Shown piece after piece: positions 36,977 to 45,814 of a stretch of DNA of 64,000 nucleotides. Each line of letters begins with the position of its first letter. Positions within the stretch are counted from its first letter, which is position 1. The translations under genes were made by a program, and so were the position numbers. Under the pieces are notes generated by a model. It did not search any database. It was given only the letters and a program-made list of their open reading frames with translations, and was not told the DNA's origin. Origin of the DNA: a virus; IMG/VR virus record IMGVR_UViG_3300024264_000006, positions 83,637 to 147,636 of that record, one strand, 5' to 3'.

Positions 36977-37379
36977 GTGAAGAAACCCTTCGGCGTAGGT
37001 CAGATGTTGAAAACCTATGGTCTCTTCGGTTAAAATAAATTTCAATACCACGAGCAGCACACGTTGCACGGCCTGTGAATTTCTTATCCTTATATTCCGC
37101 ACCTATAATTCTTACATCAAAGTCAAACATTTTAAGGATATCTTCCAAGTCCTGTTCTGTTTGATAGGGAATAATTTCGTCAACATATTTAATCGCCTGT
37201 AGTTGCGTCCATCTTTCAACTAACGTTTGTACGGGTGGATTCTTTTCAGGTCTATCTGAGGAAGGGTCAACTTGTAGGGCACAAACCAAATAATCACATT
37301 GACCTTTGGCTTCTCTCAACATAGAGACATGACCAGCATGAAGTAAATCAAACGTGCTCGCAGTAAATCCTGTAATCAT
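36948..37379 (-). CDS. Cytidylyltransferase (TagD/HldE-like)
   Basis: FDLLHAGH (HxGH) and RFSTSDLR. Confidence 0.88.
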   Translation of the reverse strand: MITGFTASTFDLLHAGHVSMLREAKGQCDYLVCALQVDPSSDRPEKNPPVQTLVERWTQLQAIKYVDEIIPYQTEQDLEDILKMFDFDVRIIGAEYKDKKFTGRATCAARGIEIYFNRRDHRFSTSDLRRRVSSLAIPTPNKV

Positions 37380-37386
37380 AATATCC

Positions 37387-37806
37387 TCAACAAAAAAATG
37401 TAACTACCAATCTATCTATAGGGAAGCCTTCGGGTCTGTGTAAGTCGTTCCCATTGTACTGAATCAGTTTCCCAGTCTTGTACTCATGGACAACACCATC
37501 TACCTCAGTACCACATCCCCTTGCACCACGTAGATATATAACTCCAGCGTGATCGTATTTATCTCTATGTACTATAGGTTCCCAATCTGGGTCACCATCG
37601 TGTTTATGAAAGTAGAGAGAGTTAGGTCTCTTTCCAATGGCGTCATGTATATCTTCGGTCAATTCACTCATTTCGGCCACATTGAGTGTCCGGAGTCCCT
37701 TGAACCTTCCCGCCTGAGGAACTTCTTCACAAGTGTAGTATGGTAAACTATCTGCAAACTCAAGAACTTCATCTAGGTCTTTTATAAAATTTTCAACAAT
37801 TATCAT
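37387..37806 (-). CDS. Small 2OG-Fe(II) oxygenase-like protein
   Basis: VHRD...GVIYL...GT...LH...RLV. Confidence 0.7.
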   Translation of the reverse strand: MIIVENFIKDLDEVLEFADSLPYYTCEEVPQAGRFKGLRTLNVAEMSELTEDIHDAIGKRPNSLYFHKHDGDPDWEPIVHRDKYDHAGVIYLRGARGCGTEVDGVVHEYKTGKLIQYNGNDLHRPEGFPIDRLVVTFFC

Positions 37807-37813
37807 TTAGTGC

Positions 37814-37842
37814 TTGCCAGATTTTAAAATCCATGATATAAT
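37814..37842 (+). promoter_or_regulatory. Plus-strand sigma70 promoter TTGCCA-N17-TATAAT with no cognate ORF
   Basis: Intergenic, TG-extended; palindrome GATTTTAAAATC in the spacer. Confidence 0.6.
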
Positions 37843-37874
37843 AAGAGCTCCTCTGCGGGAAAGTGAATATATAC

Positions 37875-38237
37875 CTAATGAATTTGAGGATTCTTCGGAA
37901 AATTAACTACATTAGAACCTGAGTCACGCATCTCCATCTCATGTTCATGTGACAGTCTTGAAGTCTCGGCATACATTTCTTCTAGAGCCTTCTCCCATTC
38001 AAGTTGTAAATCTTCTGGAGGGTTCGCATACGAAACAATATGTTCCGCACGAATAACACTTACGGATTCTGGACGGTCTTGATAGACCATAAAATTCTTA
38101 AACGTGTAGTATTTGTATCCGTCTTGTTCCTTAGAAATTAGACGTAACGCATTGCGTACAGGAATTTCGAATTCATTGTCCTCTAAAACTTCACATACTA
38201 CTTCATCGCCAGTTGTCAACTTAAGTTGTTTAATCAT
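37875..38237 (-). CDS. Sm-like hypothetical protein downstream of uvsW
   Basis: LKLTTGDEVVCEV pattern; synteny. Confidence 0.7.
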   Translation of the reverse strand: MIKQLKLTTGDEVVCEVLEDNEFEIPVRNALRLISKEQDGYKYYTFKNFMVYQDRPESVSVIRAEHIVSYANPPEDLQLEWEKALEEMYAETSRLSHEHEMEMRDSGSNVVNFPKNPQIH

Positions 38238-39733
38238 GACTTATCCTTTAGATTAATTGGGAAAATTTTATATTTAAAACCTTCTCTACTATATATCTTT
38301 ATTCTTTCAGCAGAATGTTTCAGGGTGAAATTCCGATAACCTCTACAATGTAGATCATCTGATATATCATAAAGGTTAGTAGCAACCCCATTGTCACTTT
38401 TTCGTAACCCTCTACCGATAGACTGAAGTACCTTAACTTGTGATTTACTTGGAGAAGCAAAGACAATATTATGGAGATTCCTAATATTAATCCCAGTAGA
38501 AAAAGTTCCAAGGCTTGCAACGATGATAGCATTTTTTTGACCCTCTACGATACCACGTATCTGTTCTCTATCTGAAGCATCAACTTCACCGGACACATAA
38601 AATACTTTTCGATTTTCCTCAGATTCTCTTTTTATTAGATCATATAAAACTTTACCGTGTTTTTCTACAAACTGAAACAGCACCAGAGTGTTGCCTTCTT
38701 GATCCAAAGTAAGTCTCTTTATGAATTGATTTCTTCTCTCATTAGTTACTATATATTCAATTTCTTCTTGATAGGTTTTGCCTTTCATTTTGACGCATTC
38801 GTCATTGTGATATCTTAGTAACAATACTTTGATATCTAAGTCTGCGAGTTGATTGTCCTCTTGTAGTTTTACTGTGGTAGTGACCTTGAACACGGGCCCG
38901 AAAAGACCTTCAAGTACAAGTTTGTTCGTTTCAGTACCATCAAGTGTACCTGTAGTACCGATACGATATCTAGCATTGACACACTTATCCATGAGAGTGC
39001 CTAAAGATTTGGCTTTAAATAGATGTACCTCATCCCCAAAAACACAATGGAAATCTTCAAACCATTCTCTACCAAATTTGTAGATAGATTGCCACGTAGA
39101 TATAATTATCCTCTTGTCGGTAGTCTTGTCCTTACCTGAGTAGATCATGTGGCACTGATTCTCTACGTCATATCCGTAGTCTCTGAAGTCTTTATACATC
39201 TGTTCTACTAAAGAGGTTGTTGGTACTACAACAAGAATCTTTCCATTCTCGTTCTTCTCAATCCATCTCATTACATTATAAATGATAAATGATTTACCGG
39301 AACCCGTAGGTGATAGAAGAATTGCACGTTTGTTCTCAATGCTGTGAGATACGGCCTCGTACTGATAGTCGTAAGGTTCGAAAGGCGCTTTGAGGTTTCC
39401 AAGGAACTTCACCAAGTCTGGGTGGGATATCTTGTTCTTTGCGTTTGGTGTTCCCCACTCATAGGAGTCTATGATTTGTAGGGGATAGAATCGGTCTCCG
39501 CAAAATTTACGTAGTTGGGTATACAGACCGACATGAATCTGTTTGGTGACTTGATTATAGAGTTTGATCTTACCATCCCACTGGCGTCTCTTAAAGGCAG
39601 GCATAAACTTATGGCCCGGCACAAAGAAAGAGAAGTACTCACGTAACTCTTGTTCCTGTGAAGGGTTAGATTCTACTGCCATGTAAGAGTTGCTAAGCAT
39701 CTTAACTCTTATAGTGTTATCCGCCGGATTCAA
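38234..39733 (-). CDS. uvsW: SF2 helicase UvsW
   Basis: SPTGSGKS, DEVH, TTGT, QSIGRGLR. Confidence 0.95.
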   Translation of the reverse strand: MNPADNTIRVKMLSNSYMAVESNPSQEQELREYFSFFVPGHKFMPAFKRRQWDGKIKLYNQVTKQIHVGLYTQLRKFCGDRFYPLQIIDSYEWGTPNAKNKISHPDLVKFLGNLKAPFEPYDYQYEAVSHSIENKRAILLSPTGSGKSFIIYNVMRWIEKNENGKILVVVPTTSLVEQMYKDFRDYGYDVENQCHMIYSGKDKTTDKRIIISTWQSIYKFGREWFEDFHCVFGDEVHLFKAKSLGTLMDKCVNARYRIGTTGTLDGTETNKLVLEGLFGPVFKVTTTVKLQEDNQLADLDIKVLLLRYHNDECVKMKGKTYQEEIEYIVTNERRNQFIKRLTLDQEGNTLVLFQFVEKHGKVLYDLIKRESEENRKVFYVSGEVDASDREQIRGIVEGQKNAIIVASLGTFSTGINIRNLHNIVFASPSKSQVKVLQSIGRGLRKSDNGVATNLYDISDDLHCRGYRNFTLKHSAERIKIYSREGFKYKIFPINLKDKS

Positions 39734-40163
39734 GTCTTCTCCAATCTATAATGTTCTTGATGGTAGAGTGTCTCCATCTCAAAGTCTGAATGATTTCTTC
39801 TAGAGTACTTATAGTAACTTTAAGGTACTCTACTTTCTCTTCTGACTTCTGGATGTCTGTGTCCGCATCAGCCATTTTCTCTTTCATGGCTTTAGTCGGT
39901 AGGTTACCCTCAAAGGGATCATACTGCCAGTTTTTAGTGTTGATATCCTCTTGGGACATCTTACCTTCGTAATACATAAACTTATCTTTGAACAGATTCC
40001 GTTGGGAATGTTCAGCACGTTTTAGTTGTAACTTGGTAAGAGATAGGTACTGCAAATATTTTGCATGTAACTTCGATGTCGCTATAGAGGTATCATCTAG
40101 TTTATATCTGTCAATTTCCGCATCGGTTTTCCATTCATTCAAAATAGACTCAAGGTCTAACAT
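39717..40163 (-). CDS. uvsY: Recombination mediator UvsY
   Basis: LHAKY...YYEGK...IKNIIDWRR; upstream of uvsW. Confidence 0.88.
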   Translation of the reverse strand: MLDLESILNEWKTDAEIDRYKLDDTSIATSKLHAKYLQYLSLTKLQLKRAEHSQRNLFKDKFMYYEGKMSQEDINTKNWQYDPFEGNLPTKAMKEKMADADTDIQKSEEKVEYLKVTISTLEEIIQTLRWRHSTIKNIIDWRRLESGG

Positions 40164-40165
40164 AA

Positions 40166-40813
40166 TTATTCTCCATTAATAAAATCTATACAATCCTTCC
40201 AGTAATCATAATGAGTTCTGTTAAAGACGTAACTCAAGGTCATTCTCCAACACTCAGTTTTTGCACAATGATATACTAATTTATCATCATCATAATTACC
40301 AAAATATCCGGCCTTTAAAGACCATCCTTTTTTATCTTTCAGTATGTCATTACGTTTTGCTTCTCTGTCATACTGTATGAACTGACCATCTCCTGTCTCC
40401 GACCAAGTAAAGACTAGGTTGTAGGAACAAACGTCTGCATTGTTATGCCATCCAATCCATCCCTTGGGTGGATACAATGAACTCAATGCACTAAATCTTG
40501 ATCCAAGCAGAGTATTGATCTCGGCGTCCAGTGTTCTCCATGCATTTTTATATCGGTCTGCATACTCACCTTCGACAACAAGTTTATCGGGTTTCATAAA
40601 ATGAAGAAACCCTCTATCAGCAGCACCGGAATGGTCTCTACCCTGATTGATAATCTTATCCCTAAAAACATCAGACAGATAGTAATCACGATCCATCTCT
40701 TGGCCACGTCCTTCAACTAGGTGTTTAGTCGGGAGTTCATCTATAAAAGTATACCTGAATTTTTCCAAGATGGCAAGAACTTCTTCGTTCTTAATATCGT
40801 AAAAAGTCAACAT
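40166..40813 (-). CDS. 2OG-Fe(II)/DSBH oxygenase-like protein
   Basis: YPPKGWIGWHNN...VYH...RMTL; paralog of 10681..11352. Confidence 0.6.
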   Translation of the reverse strand: MLTFYDIKNEEVLAILEKFRYTFIDELPTKHLVEGRGQEMDRDYYLSDVFRDKIINQGRDHSGAADRGFLHFMKPDKLVVEGEYADRYKNAWRTLDAEINTLLGSRFSALSSLYPPKGWIGWHNNADVCSYNLVFTWSETGDGQFIQYDREAKRNDILKDKKGWSLKAGYFGNYDDDKLVYHCAKTECWRMTLSYVFNRTHYDYWKDCIDFINGE

Positions 40814-40814
40814 A

Positions 40815-41315
40815 TTAAACTATCTCAAATGTGTCAAACCTAAAACTTGAAGTGTATGTTATATAGGTCTGGTTTTGACTGGCGTTCATCTCAAAAGAAC
40901 CTACGTTTGTCGGGATACAGTTTTTATACTTGATCCTTTTATTGGCGTTGTTGTGACTAGTTAGGATAGTGACCGTGATGTCTGCGAAGGTTGCTATTAG
41001 ACCGTTTTGCAATGCGTGTGCAGTTGATACGTTTCCGTCATTGACCATTCTTTCCAACCAGTTTTGCATCTCTAAGTAAGACACCATATCCTCATCAAGG
41101 ATAAAGTCCACTTGCAGTTCACCATAGGTGATCTTGTCACCCGCAAAAGGCAGGGACGTTATTCTACGGCCAGGCAGTTCAATAGGGTTGACGGAAGCGC
41201 CAGGATGTGTTATACTCTGTGCAAAATATTGTAGATTAGGGTAGTTGGTTCTTTCAATAGAAACCGAAAACCCACTAGGTTGTAAGTAGTTTTTGTTAGT
41301 CGTAACAGTCGCCAT
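40815..41315 (-). CDS. gp3: Tail tube terminator/completion protein (gp3)
   Basis: NYLQPSGF, FILDEDM..Y.E..NW; tube-like fold; late promoter upstream. Confidence 0.8.
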   Translation of the reverse strand: MATVTTNKNYLQPSGFSVSIERTNYPNLQYFAQSITHPGASVNPIELPGRRITSLPFAGDKITYGELQVDFILDEDMVSYLEMQNWLERMVNDGNVSTAHALQNGLIATFADITVTILTSHNNANKRIKYKNCIPTNVGSFEMNASQNQTYITYTSSFRFDTFEIV

Positions 41316-41339
41316 AATTATCTCCTGTGGTCACTCTTC

Positions 41340-41347
41340 TATTTATA
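41340..41347 (-). promoter_or_regulatory. Late promoter TATAAATA for gp3
   Basis: Exact consensus. Confidence 0.8.
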
Positions 41348-41350
41348 CGC

Positions 41351-41380
41351 TTGACAACCCCTATGTAAATGTTATATAAT
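41351..41380 (+). promoter_or_regulatory. sigma70 promoter TTGACA-N18-TATAAT for the DUF4338-like gene
   Basis: Consensus hexamers, GAGG SD downstream. Confidence 0.75.
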
Positions 41381-41401
41381 ACGTAGTAATGAGAGGAACT
41401 T

Positions 41402-42532
41402 ATGATTTTATCTAGACAAGATGCATGTTACGCCGCTGGTGTATTCACAGACTTCTTTGCGAACTTTGATCGCATTGATGACTACATGCGTAAAATAAAG
41501 TTAGAACGTATGGAGACTTTTCCATATGCATTGCCTGGCATGGGGCCTGAGACTGATCTCTTTGACAAGTTTGACATGCACCCGAATGATATGGAGTTTG
41601 TTGTATCCCCGTGTAAACAGGATCAGTTCATGTCATATATGGAGATTACTACGTCTGCACCTGTAGAGTCTTCAATCCCCGGCAAACAAATGTTGTGGTT
41701 AGTTAAAGAAAAGAACACGGGCATGGTTATGGGTATGATTCGATTTGGATCACCAACCATTAACTCACGTCCACGTAATGAATGGTTGGGTAAACCACTA
41801 GACACCATGAGTCCTGAAGTAATGTCAAGGTTCAACAAGTCAGTGATTATGGGTTTCAACATTGTACCCACTCAACCATTTGGGTTCAACTATCTTGGCG
41901 GTAAGTTACTTGCAGCCATCTGTTGTTCCCACACAGTGCGTGAAGCACTGAACAAGAAGTACGATGCGAACATCTGTATGTTCGAAACTACTTCTCTGTA
42001 TGGGTCATCCAAGTCATCGTCTATGTACGATGGCATGAAACCCATTTTGAGGTTTAACGGTCTGACAGACTCAAACTTCGCACCGCTTATTAATGATGAT
42101 AACTTCCGTAAACTTAATGATTGGTTTAGGGAAAGGAACGGCGGAGAATTCTTAGTACCAGCTGACGCATCTTCACGCAAGTTGAAGACTCAGACTAAGA
42201 TGGCATCTATCATCAAATCCTCTCTCAAACAACATGATGAGGGTGCATATGCGAAGTTCTGTCAGACCTTTTTAGATGCAAAGGGACTTACTGAAAAGAA
42301 ACGTTCCTTCTATTCAACATACGGGTATGAGAATGTACCCGACTTTCTTAACCTCAAGACTGATACTCTTGTTAAGAAAGATAACTTTGATCGTTTCGAA
42401 CTTGAGAACCTCACCGAATGGTGGCGTAAGAAAGCAGGTAAACGATACGAGTCTTTGAAGTCAGACGGTAGACTGCGTTCCGTTGTGGAGACTTGGAACA
42501 CTAACGCAGAAGATATCGATATTATTCGATAA
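41402..42532 (+). CDS. DUF4338/DruA-like protein (predicted GNAT-related fold)
   Basis: PTQPFGFNYLGGKLLA, ETTSLYG, S.YD motifs. Confidence 0.65.
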   Translation: MILSRQDACYAAGVFTDFFANFDRIDDYMRKIKLERMETFPYALPGMGPETDLFDKFDMHPNDMEFVVSPCKQDQFMSYMEITTSAPVESSIPGKQMLWLVKEKNTGMVMGMIRFGSPTINSRPRNEWLGKPLDTMSPEVMSRFNKSVIMGFNIVPTQPFGFNYLGGKLLAAICCSHTVREALNKKYDANICMFETTSLYGSSKSSSMYDGMKPILRFNGLTDSNFAPLINDDNFRKLNDWFRERNGGEFLVPADASSRKLKTQTKMASIIKSSLKQHDEGAYAKFCQTFLDAKGLTEKKRSFYSTYGYENVPDFLNLKTDTLVKKDNFDRFELENLTEWWRKKAGKRYESLKSDGRLRSVVETWNTNAEDIDIIR

Positions 42533-42613
42533 AAGTATTATATATACTATTGTGTTTTAGGATTCTCTATGAGTCTTCTACTTCACTTAATTTAATCCAA
42601 TAGGAGAAATCAT

Positions 42614-43684
42614 ATGGCTATTATAGCACTGGCAGATTATGCCAATTCAAACCCTGACGCAATTGCGTTACCCGACTACACCGACCTTGGTGTAACATCC
42701 GTAAAAAATATAAAACTTAACTTCAACGATGTTCATATTGATGATATCGAAGGCAACGTTGGTAAAGTAGAGACTCACACTGCCGCTGAGATTGAACAAC
42801 TTAGAATGTCCTTCGCAGACGGTGTGGATACTCTGGAGTTTCCGCCTGGTGTTTACTTTCGTGGTGATTCATACGAGAAACCTTATGTTCTCGTATATGG
42901 ATATGGTCGTTCTGAAGCGATTCGTGCTTTAGGACAAAAAGACTGGATATTCACTTTGTTCGCTGGTACACCAGAACAGATGGAAGATGTACAAGCAAGA
43001 GAGAACGAGGGATATCCCAAACGTCTCAATAAAGAAGTTGACATGCGTAAACACTTGAGTCGTAAGATTGCGAATGGTCGTATCAAGAATAATGAGAAAG
43101 CAATTAATGCCGAGTTCGTTCGTATCTACGGTAAGACCCGTGATAAAACTTGTCGAAACCGTGTGGTAAAAATGGTTATGGAAGAGGCAGGAACTCCTCA
43201 ACCATACATTCTATACACATCTGTTCCTAAAATACAGGACTGGATTGACAACCATTCATCGATAGAACATAAAATTGGTGGTGAGTTTAACCCAGAAACC
43301 GATACCTATGGTGTGTGTATTGGTGAAGGTTACCAGTATCGTGTTATCATGCAAGCTATTACACGTTACGTAGAAACAGGTAAGTATACTGATTTGATTG
43401 GACACGTAGGTGCTCCAACGGCAAAGGCGACTCTAGAAACTAAAAGACAGAAGTTCATGACACAGTTGGAACAACACAAACATGAATTGAAAATGTGTGG
43501 ATTAAAAGTCTTTCCTTTGAACGTGATTGGGTTTCTACCACAAGAACGTGGAACAGAAAATTTGAAAGAATTGGTGACGGGTACGGGTATTACTTCGCCC
43601 GTGAAGTTGACTCATACACCTTATGGCCATAAGGCATCCTTTAACTATAAAGAGGTATTAAAGGACTTGCCTTTAACTGTATAA
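42614..43684 (+). CDS. Hypothetical protein with ParB/Srx-like N-terminal domain
   Basis: IEQLRMSF..G...PP...YVLVYGYGRSEAIRALG resembles the ParB GxxR box. Confidence 0.5.
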   Translation: MAIIALADYANSNPDAIALPDYTDLGVTSVKNIKLNFNDVHIDDIEGNVGKVETHTAAEIEQLRMSFADGVDTLEFPPGVYFRGDSYEKPYVLVYGYGRSEAIRALGQKDWIFTLFAGTPEQMEDVQARENEGYPKRLNKEVDMRKHLSRKIANGRIKNNEKAINAEFVRIYGKTRDKTCRNRVVKMVMEEAGTPQPYILYTSVPKIQDWIDNHSSIEHKIGGEFNPETDTYGVCIGEGYQYRVIMQAITRYVETGKYTDLIGHVGAPTAKATLETKRQKFMTQLEQHKHELKMCGLKVFPLNVIGFLPQERGTENLKELVTGTGITSPVKLTHTPYGHKASFNYKEVLKDLPLTV

Positions 43685-43712
43685 AAAAAGGGGGGTGTTA
43701 CCCCCCTTTTTT
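43683..43712. terminator. Bidirectional intrinsic terminator
   Basis: A-tract, GGGGGG-TGTTA-CCCCCC, T-tract between convergent genes. Confidence 0.85.
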
Positions 43713-44154
43713 ATTCCTCACACTCTTCAGCGTACCGATCATCATTCTCGTTCGGTTGTGAATAACCAAATGCTAGTTGCTGAGAACTAGGTGTATAGTC
43801 ATCACAGAATACATATGTACCATCGTTGTTGGTATCACATGCACGTTGCCAAGAGATCATATCGAAAGTCAACCCTTCACTCCAAGGGACATATGATTCA
43901 CACCACGCAACCGTACCGATTGCATACGGGTCTTGTGGTTGTGGTACATAGTCTCTTTTAGTCCAAGGTTTTTGTACACGAAAATATGTATCTTTGTTTT
44001 GCATCAATTGACGTTTGAACAAAGAACTATTTGGTGTACTGATATAAATCTCTTGATTATCTGCGAGAGTATACGTAGAACCATCATCATAGTTAATTAC
44101 CGTTTCTGCTTGAGCCAAAAACGGAACCAGTAGTAAGAACAGAACTGCTCTCAT
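43711..44154 (-). CDS. Exported hypothetical protein
   Basis: Signal peptide AQA|E; Cys residues; DTNNDG Ca-loop-like motif. Confidence 0.7.
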   Translation of the reverse strand: MRAVLFLLLVPFLAQAETVINYDDGSTYTLADNQEIYISTPNSSLFKRQLMQNKDTYFRVQKPWTKRDYVPQPQDPYAIGTVAWCESYVPWSEGLTFDMISWQRACDTNNDGTYVFCDDYTPSSQQLAFGYSQPNENDDRYAEECEE

Positions 44155-44225
44155 ATCATAATCCTCGTGTTGAGGTGTGCGCTTCCATTCGTTTATTGAC
44201 TACCCTGTCCCTTTTATATATACTC

Positions 44226-44393
44226 CTACCACCCTGATTTAATTCTCGTATCAAAGTGATATTGTTTGCATTCACGTACTGTCTCTGCAACACCTTCTTC
44301 TACTTCTTTCTTACACATTTTGTTCAACTCAATAGTACCATTGGTTGCACTAAGTGTGCCAAAAACGACAATCGCCCAAAAAACTATAGTCAT
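44226..44393 (-). CDS. Small membrane or exported protein, 55 aa (not in ORF track)
   Basis: MTIVFWAIVVFGTLSATNGTIELNKMCKKEVEEGVAETVRECKQYHFDTRIKSGW; AGGAG SD. Confidence 0.65.
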   Translation of the reverse strand: MTIVFWAIVVFGTLSATNGTIELNKMCKKEVEEGVAETVRECKQYHFDTRIKSGW

Positions 44394-44416
44394 GTTCTAC
44401 TCCTGATTTTTAAAAT

Positions 44417-44440
44417 AAAAAAAAGGGCACCGAAGTGCCC
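44417..44440 (-). terminator. Intrinsic terminator after gp23
   Basis: GGGCAC-TTCG-GTGCCC followed by T8; T4-type UUCG loop. Confidence 0.9.
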
Positions 44441-44474
44441 TTTAAAAGTGTCCCTTAAGGGATTCTTTTTATCC

Positions 44475-45803
44475 TTATGTGAGGATGTTGTCCACACGGA
44501 AGATACGGTAGTACTGGTTAGACTTAGCAGATGCCAATCCATCAGCTGGAGTTGATCCAACAAATGGGTTAGAAGCCATGCCGTAACGAGTCTTGAAACC
44601 GATCTTAGGCTGGAAAGTGTCTTCCGAAACGGCTTTAACCATTTGCAGAGGAACGTAAGGACAGTAGAACAGACCAGCGTCATAAGGGTTAGTACCCTTG
44701 TAGCCGATTGTTACGTAATCTGTCTGTGCATACGGATCGATGTATACACGTAAACGTCCATTTAACACACCAGCGAAGGTGTTACCTGTGTCATCAACTT
44801 GCAAGTTGGTGTTCATAGCAGGAGTATAGTCCAACATACCAGAAGCAGCCAATGCAGTAGCAACGTCAGAAGAACAGATAACTACGTTACCTTTTCCACG
44901 TCTTGTTTCTTTTGCAATAACGTTTGCTTCACGATCAAGTTGTACAACCAGACCTTTGAACTTCTCAGCAGACCAACGACCATCAGCGTCACTAGAAAGG
45001 TCAAAAATACCGTTCTTAGTTACGTTTGCCTGAAGGGCACCTGTCTTAGCTTGAGAGTTAATAGTTCTGATAACTTCTCTGTTGATCTCAGCAAGAATCT
45101 CAGTAGACAAAATGTTTGCCAACTCAGTTTCAGCATCAAGACCGTGAATTGCTTTAAGGTCTTGAGCGAGTTCAAGAGAGTACTCAGCTTTCAGCGCACG
45201 AGACTTTGCAGTCACGGTTGCTTTCTCAATGGTGAATCCCATTTCTTCGAAAGTGCCAGAACCAGAAGAACCAAGTGCTTCTGCGTCAGCAGTAGACATT
45301 GGGCGACCAGTTAGGTTAGTACCACGCATGTCATTAGCAGAGTCACCAGAAGGTGCGATTCCGTTAAATCCAGATACGTTGTCACTATCGTGAGCAGCTG
45401 CGCCAGAAGAGTCACCACTGAAAGTAGTTTCTGCTTCGTTGAACAATGCTTCACGGTTAGATGTAGAACCACCACCATATCTTGCCTTCATAGCGAAGAT
45501 AAGACCAGTAGGGCCAGACATCGGTTGAACACCACATACATCGTATGCCATTAAGTTAGGCATTGCACGGCGTACAAGTGAGATTAAAATCGGATCCCAT
45601 GTACCGATAGCAGAAGTTGCGTTAGCAGGAGCTGCTTCAGTCATGAAACCTGAATGTTGTGCACGTTCTTCAGAAAGAGCACGTTCTTGGTTTTCTAAAA
45701 TGGCTGCAGTGACGGCCTTTCTGTGGTGATCAGTGATCGCACCAGCAGACTCTTCGTTCAATACAGGACTCCATTTTTCGATAAGATTATCGTAAGAATT
45801 CAT
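44475..45803 (-). CDS. gp23: Major capsid protein (gp23)
   Basis: GVQPMSGPTGLIFAM, SRALKAEYSLELAQDLKAIHGLDAE, FQPKIGFKTRYG. Confidence 0.98.
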   Translation of the reverse strand: MNSYDNLIEKWSPVLNEESAGAITDHHRKAVTAAILENQERALSEERAQHSGFMTEAAPANATSAIGTWDPILISLVRRAMPNLMAYDVCGVQPMSGPTGLIFAMKARYGGGSTSNREALFNEAETTFSGDSSGAAAHDSDNVSGFNGIAPSGDSANDMRGTNLTGRPMSTADAEALGSSGSGTFEEMGFTIEKATVTAKSRALKAEYSLELAQDLKAIHGLDAETELANILSTEILAEINREVIRTINSQAKTGALQANVTKNGIFDLSSDADGRWSAEKFKGLVVQLDREANVIAKETRRGKGNVVICSSDVATALAASGMLDYTPAMNTNLQVDDTGNTFAGVLNGRLRVYIDPYAQTDYVTIGYKGTNPYDAGLFYCPYVPLQMVKAVSEDTFQPKIGFKTRYGMASNPFVGSTPADGLASAKSNQYYRIFRVDNILT

Positions 45804-45814
45804 AATGGTTTTCC

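Noticed and set aside
44256-44683. ORFs 44256..44555 (+) and 44390..44683 (-)
   Set aside because: Both cross the gp23 terminator; the 55-aa ORF 44226..44393 with an SD explains the region better
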